Positions 58,288 through 64,000 of a DNA stretch of 64,000 nucleotides are shown here, piece after piece. Both the position numbers and the translations under genes were made by a program. This DNA is from a virus (Duplodnaviria; Heunggongvirae; Uroviricota; Caudoviricetes), in IMG/VR virus record IMGVR_UViG_3300029880_000003, positions 66,978 through 130,977 of that record; one strand, 5' to 3'. Below the pieces are notes generated by a model that saw only the letters and a program-made list of their open reading frames with translations, had not been told where the DNA came from and ran no database searches. The first letter of the stretch is position 1. The number at the start of each line of letters is the position of its first letter.

Positions 58288-59766
58288 ATGGCAGAAAAGA
58301 ATATTAAACTGACACCGTTTGAACAGCAGCAGCGAGATTCTGCTAAGAAAGTATTGGAGTACAAACTTGGCTCAGAAGCATCTGTCGTATCTATGATATA
58401 TAAGAAACCAGATTTGCTTACTGAAACAAATCTCACACTTGCTGACTTCCATAATAATGTCTGGCGAATTTACTTTGAGGTCGCAAGAGCTTTAATTCTT
58501 GATGAAAAAAAGGTTGCACTATCTGAGATTGATGTTGGTCTTTATCTTGATAAGCATCCTAAGTTGGCTGAAAAGTATGATGAGTATGGTGGATATCAAA
58601 CAGTCGAAGATGCTGGTGCATATGTAGATACGCAGAATTTTTATGGCTATGTATCTGATCTACGAAAATGGAATGTAGTAATCAAACTTATCAAGCGTGG
58701 TTTTCCGTGTGATAAGGAACGTATTAGTGAGCTTGCCGATATGACGGCAGAAGATGTTTACAATGAATATACCGTATACTTAAATGACATCTTTGCTAAT
58801 GTGGATAACAACGTCAAATCATATAATGGCTTTGAGGGCATGAAAGAATTTGTCGATGAACTTGACGAAGGTATGAGTGTTGGCATTCCATTTGCTAACT
58901 GTGATATTCTCAACAAGGAAACTGGTGGTATGCTTGGCGGTAATATCATCGGCATTGGAGCCAGCAGCGGGGTTGGCAAGAGTACCCTATCTATTAATTA
59001 TATTTTTCCTTCTATGATTAAATATAATCTAAAAGCATTGTTTATTATTAATGAAGAAGACGAGAAAAAATTCAAACGCGAGGCTTTGGTATGGTATTGT
59101 TCAAATGTTCTTAAACATCCCATTCCAAAGCACGTTCTTCGTGATGGCGGTTTTGATAAGGAAACAAAGGAAGTTTTATATAAAGCTTCTGAATGGTTTG
59201 AAGAACAAAAGGATAAGCATAATATTACAATCATTCCTCTTGAACAATATACCGCAAGGATTGTAATTAAACTTATTAAGAAATATACGAATATGCTGGT
59301 GGATGTCATCGTGGTTGATACCCTGAAAGAGAGCTACGATTCTCGTAATAAAGAGTCGTGGAAGTCTCTTATGACTGATTGTGTTGACTTCTATGACTGT
59401 ATTAAGCACACGAATACTTGCATGATTATCACGTATCAGCTTGTTAAGAATAAGAGCAAGTATCTAACTAATGCAGATATCGGAGTGTCCAAGGGCATTC
59501 TCGATGTGTTCAGTGTTAATTTGTTTTTTAGAAGACCATTACAGACTGAATATGCTGGCGAGAGAGAAGAGCTGTACTGTTACAAACATGGAAATAGTAA
59601 CAATACAAAGATTCCTTTTAAACTTGAAAGAGATAAGCATTATATGATTACATTTCTTAGTAAGAATAGAAATGGAAGTAGTGATATTCAGATTGTAAGT
59701 GAAGCAGATTTTTCTATTAACAAGTATGAAGATCTCGGATACGCCGTGGTACAACAAGACTACTGA
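58288..59766 (+). CDS. DnaB-like replicative helicase
   Basis: Walker A GIGASSGVGKST, N-terminal DnaB-like domain, C-terminal RecA-like fold. Confidence 0.6.
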   Translation: MAEKNIKLTPFEQQQRDSAKKVLEYKLGSEASVVSMIYKKPDLLTETNLTLADFHNNVWRIYFEVARALILDEKKVALSEIDVGLYLDKHPKLAEKYDEYGGYQTVEDAGAYVDTQNFYGYVSDLRKWNVVIKLIKRGFPCDKERISELADMTAEDVYNEYTVYLNDIFANVDNNVKSYNGFEGMKEFVDELDEGMSVGIPFANCDILNKETGGMLGGNIIGIGASSGVGKSTLSINYIFPSMIKYNLKALFIINEEDEKKFKREALVWYCSNVLKHPIPKHVLRDGGFDKETKEVLYKASEWFEEQKDKHNITIIPLEQYTARIVIKLIKKYTNMLVDVIVVDTLKESYDSRNKESWKSLMTDCVDFYDCIKHTNTCMIITYQLVKNKSKYLTNADIGVSKGILDVFSVNLFFRRPLQTEYAGEREELYCYKHGNSNNTKIPFKLERDKHYMITFLSKNRNGSSDIQIVSEADFSINKYEDLGYAVVQQDY

Positions 59767-59778
59767 TAGGATTAGCAT

Positions 59779-60580
59779 AATGGGCATTAAAGGAGTTCAA
59801 AGTGTAAATTTACATGATGATAGAATTGGAGACTGTGAAATCAATTACCAAGGCTGTTCAATGAAGATAGTTGAATATAATGCTGCACGAGACATCATCG
59901 TTGAGTTTCAAGATAGTTATCGTGGATTAGTACATACTCAGTATTATAATTTTAAAAATGGTCAGGTTAAAAATCCATATTACCCATCGATATACGGCAT
60001 CGGCATGATTGGAAATAAGTATCCTACATCAAGAGGCTCAAAGCATTTAAAAGAATACAGCGCGTGGACTAAAATATTGAGAAGATGCTATGATGATAAA
60101 TTCAAGTTAAATAGACCAACGTATAGGGACGTTACGTGTTGTGACGAATGGTTGTTATATGAAAATTTTTATGAATGGTTGCACTCACAAAAAAATTTTG
60201 ATAAATGGTTAAATGGCAATATGTGGGCTGTTGACAAAGATATACTTGTGAAAGGGAACAAAGTTTATAGTCCAAACGCATGTTGTTTAGTTCCACGCGT
60301 TGTAAATTCGTTGTTTGTAAAATCTGATGAACGAAGAGGTAATCTTCCAATCGGTGTAAGTTACAGCAAACAAAATAAAGCTTATATGTTATCTATCAGT
60401 AGAAAATTATTTGATTGTCCTATGATGTATTTTCACACGCCAGAAGAAGCATTTGAAGAGTATAAGCAAAGAAAAGAAAATCTCATCAAACAAATGGCTC
60501 AGAAGGAGTTTGACTCTGGAAATATTACAAAAGAATGTTATAACGCTATGATGAGCTACGAGGTTGAAATTACCGATTAA
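59779..60580 (+). CDS. AT-rich hypothetical protein, possible homing-endonuclease-like insertion between helicase and primase
   Basis: position and low GC; Cys pairs CCDEW/CCLVP; no confident motif. Confidence 0.3.
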
Positions 60581-60681
60581 ATCTTCATAACTACTCATGT
60601 TATATGCTATACTGTGAATAGTTGCTTTAATAAGCAAACCAACCATACAAGTAAATCAATTAAGAAAGGAGTGGTATTTAC

Positions 60682-61752
60682 ATGGACACTGTTTCTCTGA
60701 AGAAATACATATATGAGAACAATAAAATAGAATATGTGCTTCAAGAGATTGGCTGCGGCAACATTAAATACCATTCCAATAAAGAGTTCTATAGTGCATC
60801 AAATGCAAATGGCGATAATCCAGGCGCTATCAATGTAAAGAATAATAAATACCTTAATGTAGTTAATTGGACTCGACAGAATGAGTTCCCTGAAGGCTCT
60901 GATATCTTCAATCTTGTTCAATATAACAAGCAATGCTCATTTGTTGAATCAGTCAAATACCTTCATAAGATTCTTGATCTTGATTACAGTCCATATAAGA
61001 AGCAAGAGAAGAAGGAAAAATTCGATCCTCTGAATGTATTCAAGCGCGTCCTAAGTGCAAGGAGAAGAGTCGATGTAAGTGAGATACATGCTATAAGCGA
61101 TGAAGCCTTAAATGATTACGTTCCCATGTTGCATATCTCCTGGTTCAGAGAAGGCGTGATGCCATGGACTAGGGAGAAGTTCGGGATAGCTTATTCATAT
61201 AAGCACAAACGAGTAGTGATTCCGCTGCGTTCCTGGCTAGACGGGGCGTTGCTTGGATTCAATCAGCGCACAACTGTCGAGAACTATGAAGAGCTTGGCG
61301 TGTCTAAATATTTCATCACGCATTCATATCAGAAGAGTTTGAACCTGTATGGACTCTGGGAGAACAGGGAAGAGATTGAGCAAAAGAGATATGTAGTGAT
61401 CGTTGAATCCGAGAAGTCTGTGTTGAAACGGCATTCTTTGAATGATGGAACGTGCGTGGCTCTCCAAGGAAAGACATTGAGCGATGAGCAGTTGAGGATA
61501 ATCTTAGGTCTTGATGTTGATGAGGTTATCGTTGCTCTTGACAATGATGTTCCTATTGAGGAAGTCAGATATATGTGCGAGAAGTTCTATCGCTTCCGTA
61601 AGGTTAGTTATGTGAAGGATTCATGGGATTTGCTTGACAAGAAGGATTCTCCATGCGATGCGAAGGACAAAGTGTATAATTTTCTTATGAAGTTCAGAAC
61701 TACATATGATAATAGTGAACATAGCAAGTATCTTAAGAGCATAGAGAGGTAG
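60682..61752 (+). CDS. DnaG-type primase (TOPRIM domain)
   Basis: TOPRIM motifs VIVESEKS and ALDNDV; N-terminal Zn-binding-like region. Confidence 0.55.
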   Translation: MDTVSLKKYIYENNKIEYVLQEIGCGNIKYHSNKEFYSASNANGDNPGAINVKNNKYLNVVNWTRQNEFPEGSDIFNLVQYNKQCSFVESVKYLHKILDLDYSPYKKQEKKEKFDPLNVFKRVLSARRRVDVSEIHAISDEALNDYVPMLHISWFREGVMPWTREKFGIAYSYKHKRVVIPLRSWLDGALLGFNQRTTVENYEELGVSKYFITHSYQKSLNLYGLWENREEIEQKRYVVIVESEKSVLKRHSLNDGTCVALQGKTLSDEQLRIILGLDVDEVIVALDNDVPIEEVRYMCEKFYRFRKVSYVKDSWDLLDKKDSPCDAKDKVYNFLMKFRTTYDNSEHSKYLKSIER

Positions 61753-61759
61753 ACATATT

Positions 61760-61963
61760 ATGATAGTGATGTTTTATGACGGCTACAAAGAAATTCCAAT
61801 TGGCGATGCTGCCAGTGAAGACGATGCACTTGATATCGTTAAAGAATATCTTGATGGCATGAATGTATCACCGCGTTATTACCGCGTATGGGTTAAAGAC
61901 AATATCAAATACATTGATTATGGTAGCCATACGAACTTCTTTAAGATTCATTCCAAGGAGTAG
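61760..61963 (+). CDS. hypothetical small protein
   Basis: ORF. Confidence 0.35.
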   Translation: MIVMFYDGYKEIPIGDAASEDDALDIVKEYLDGMNVSPRYYRVWVKDNIKYIDYGSHTNFFKIHSKE

Positions 61964-61969
61964 CGGACT

Positions 61970-62536
61970 ATGGATAGGTTTATTTCAGATATTCATTTCG
62001 GGCATAATAATTGTCTTGCATTTGATAGCCGACCTTTTAAGACAATTGAAGAACATGATAAGGTGCTAATTGACAACTGGAATGACACTGTATCTTGTGA
62101 AGACCATGTATATATTCTGGGTGATATTTCTTGGCACAACTCTACCAAGACAATTGAAATCTTCGAGCAGCTTAACGGATATAAGACTCTAATTCGTGGA
62201 AACCATGATGGCAAGGTCTTGAAGAATCCTAAGATGCGAGAGCAGTTTGTTGAGATAGCCGATTACAAGGAGCTTACGTTTGATGATGGTGGTGGACTTG
62301 TACTTTGCCATTATCCTATTCTCGCATTTAAGAATCATTACTATAATTGGGTTCATTTCTACGGACATGTCCATACAACATGGGAGTACGACATCATCGA
62401 AGAAGCCAGAAGGCGTTCTATTGAAGTCTCTGGTACTCCTTGCAACATGATTAATGTTGGTTGTATGATGCCGTGGATGAACTATACACCAAAGACATTT
62501 ACGGAGATTATGTCTACATATAAAGAAGGAGATTAA
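61970..62536 (+). CDS. calcineurin-like metallophosphoesterase
   Basis: DIHFGH, GDISW, GNHD, GHVH motifs. Confidence 0.65.
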   Translation: MDRFISDIHFGHNNCLAFDSRPFKTIEEHDKVLIDNWNDTVSCEDHVYILGDISWHNSTKTIEIFEQLNGYKTLIRGNHDGKVLKNPKMREQFVEIADYKELTFDDGGGLVLCHYPILAFKNHYYNWVHFYGHVHTTWEYDIIEEARRRSIEVSGTPCNMINVGCMMPWMNYTPKTFTEIMSTYKEGD

Positions 62537-62537
62537 G

Positions 62538-62744
62538 ATGGACAACTATCCAGATACTACATACGAAGCAGATCCAGATGCACCATGGAATCAGCAAGAC
62601 CCCTGGGTTGAGCATAGCTGCGATGAATGTATACGATACAATATGATTCCATCTGAGATTGGCAACTCAAAGTATGGATTCTGTACTGAGAGCGGTGAGT
62701 TCACTGAAGGTGACGAAGAGGCGTGCATGTGGTTTGAGGATTAG
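62538..62744 (+). CDS. small acidic Cys-containing protein
   Basis: ORF. Confidence 0.35.
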   Translation: MDNYPDTTYEADPDAPWNQQDPWVEHSCDECIRYNMIPSEIGNSKYGFCTESGEFTEGDEEACMWFED

Positions 62745-62746
62745 CT

Positions 62747-63151
62747 ATGATGGAATGCTATGATTGCAAAAATGTAAAGACCAGAAAGCCACATACATGT
62801 TTCTTGTGTGGTAGAACTATTGAATCTGGCAAAGAAGCTTTATATGAGAGTGGCAAGTATGATGGCGAGTTCTTTAGTCGTTATACTTGCAAGGATTGTA
62901 AGCCTTTGTCAGATCGATTCTGGGAGTTTGTATGTAGCGAGTCATACTCTCCTGTAGAGGATTTCATGGAAATGCTTCAGGAGCATATAGATATTGCTAA
63001 GCCGCTAAACCATCCTCTTGTTGTTGATATAGACTGCCAAGAATGCGGTAAAATAAAGGCTGTAGATTGGACGTATGAGGTATCAAATGGTGCAGACACC
63101 ATGGAATGTCCACGTTGTTTCAGAGAGGCTAAAGTGATTAAAGATGAGTGA
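62747..63151 (+). CDS. multi-CxxC zinc-finger protein
   Basis: CYDC…CFLC…CKDC…CQEC…CPRC. Confidence 0.45.
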   Translation: MMECYDCKNVKTRKPHTCFLCGRTIESGKEALYESGKYDGEFFSRYTCKDCKPLSDRFWEFVCSESYSPVEDFMEMLQEHIDIAKPLNHPLVVDIDCQECGKIKAVDWTYEVSNGADTMECPRCFREAKVIKDE

Positions 63152-63482
63152 ATGGGTAGCTGAATGGTCTGGGTCTTATCCAAGTCTGTGTTGCGGGGAA
63201 TGGACTTTGTATCATAACGAAGAAGAAGTAGATGTTTCTATACCATTCCAAGGACATCCAGCTGATACATATGGTGAATATTGGGAGTGGTTCTTTGGCG
63301 GCGAAAGTGGCTGGGAAGAAATGGAAGAACCGTATGAAGATGGTTTTGACGAAGCCGATTGGATACAAGAGAATATCGAGTATTTAAAAGAAGTGACATC
63401 AGACGAAACCCAGTATCCAGCCATCTACGAAGCATTCAGGGAACAAGATTTCAGATATGGATCATGCGGAGGTTGCATATAG
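63144..63482 (+). CDS. Cys-rich acidic protein ending GSCGGCI (paralog of 29855..30121)
   Basis: YPSLCCGEWTLY… …GSCGGCI-stop. Confidence 0.5.
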   Translation: MSEWVAEWSGSYPSLCCGEWTLYHNEEEVDVSIPFQGHPADTYGEYWEWFFGGESGWEEMEEPYEDGFDEADWIQENIEYLKEVTSDETQYPAIYEAFREQDFRYGSCGGCI

Positions 63483-63840
63483 CATGAGCGATAACAATGC
63501 AAGCAATATGATTGGTAAGACAATCTATGCTGGCGATGCAAGGATTTACGATAGCCCTAATAGCCTTTTTGGGTTACGGCAGTATTATAAAGATGACCCG
63601 TATTATACGATAATCGGTGATTCTCGCAACCGCTATTGTGTGCGGTATCGCAAGCTTAGTTCTGATATAACTGGTTGGTTCAATAAGAGCGATGTTCTTG
63701 TCGTACAACTCGTAGGCACTGTGCCTTGCCAACGTCCAGTAAGTGTATTCGATGATGTGACAAATGAGCTTCGGCAGATTAAGAAAGATATAGAGTCTAT
63801 TGCAGAAAGACTTAATAGAATAGCAAAGAGATTAGATTGA
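63457..63840 (+). CDS. hypothetical protein
   Basis: 127-aa ORF. Confidence 0.4.
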   Translation: MDHAEVAYSMSDNNASNMIGKTIYAGDARIYDSPNSLFGLRQYYKDDPYYTIIGDSRNRYCVRYRKLSSDITGWFNKSDVLVVQLVGTVPCQRPVSVFDDVTNELRQIKKDIESIAERLNRIAKRLD

Positions 63841-64000
63841 TGGTGATGATTATGAAGTATAAATTTGGAATCAAGCATTGGAAGCTTGCGAAAGGTCATT
63901 GGTCTTTAAGTATTGGAATCGCCCATTCGAATGATGAGACATTCTTAGAGTTAGAATTGTTCAAGTGGGTAGTTCTTATCGGTTTGATGTATAAATAAGT

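Noticed and set aside
1-64000. Host chromosomal genes or prophage boundaries within the window
   Set aside because: Every confidently assigned gene is phage-like or a mobile element. No housekeeping genes or obvious att junction were seen, so prophage versus free phage cannot be decided from this window.

Overview
This window reads as most of a tailed dsDNA phage genome (siphovirus-like, low-GC Firmicutes-type), not host chromosome. A 2.85-kb ORF-free, repeat-rich region at 25.65-28.5 kb carries iterons, tandem AT-rich repeats, palindromes and a switch in strand base composition; I read it as a replication origin and regulatory hub. Transcription diverges from it. To the left, on the minus strand (25.6 kb down to 1), lie a putative initiator, a large unknown protein, an HNH endonuclease, an HU-like protein, a metallophosphoesterase, TerS, and TerL. 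The TerL gene is split by a group I intron about 1.3 kb long that carries a double-motif LAGLIDADG homing endonuclease; the proposed splice would rebuild the Walker A motif AARGQGKT. Then follow portal, protease-scaffold, major capsid protein, head/neck proteins, major tail protein, chaperones and a tape measure protein that runs off the window start. To the right, on the plus strand (28.5-64 kb), is a long early region of many small acidic or zinc-ribbon proteins, several present as tandem paralog pairs, separated by terminators and two recurring intergenic sequence motifs. It also contains an HNH endonuclease, a tyrosine recombinase, and a tRNA cluster (tRNA-Arg UCU, tRNA-Thr UGU, plus a non-canonical tRNA-like element). 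After the tRNAs comes an accessory block: SPFH protein, dCMP deaminase, cysteine desulfurase, an RNA ligase followed by a kinase/HD-phosphoesterase (an RNA-repair cassette), and YopX. Next are two paralogous proteins sharing an almost identical 22-aa N-terminus, a radical SAM enzyme and a nucleoside 2-deoxyribosyltransferase-like protein. Then follows a replication module (SSB-like protein, Sak4-type AAA_24 ATPase, DnaB-like helicase, HEG-like ORF, DnaG-type primase, metallophosphoesterase). The best candidate for a previously undescribed system is the module at 48.4-54.7 kb: cysteine desulfurase, tandem N-terminus-sharing paralogs, radical SAM, and NDT-like protein. A second possible self-splicing intron (HNH-containing) may split the large unknown gene at 20.5-24.4 kb.
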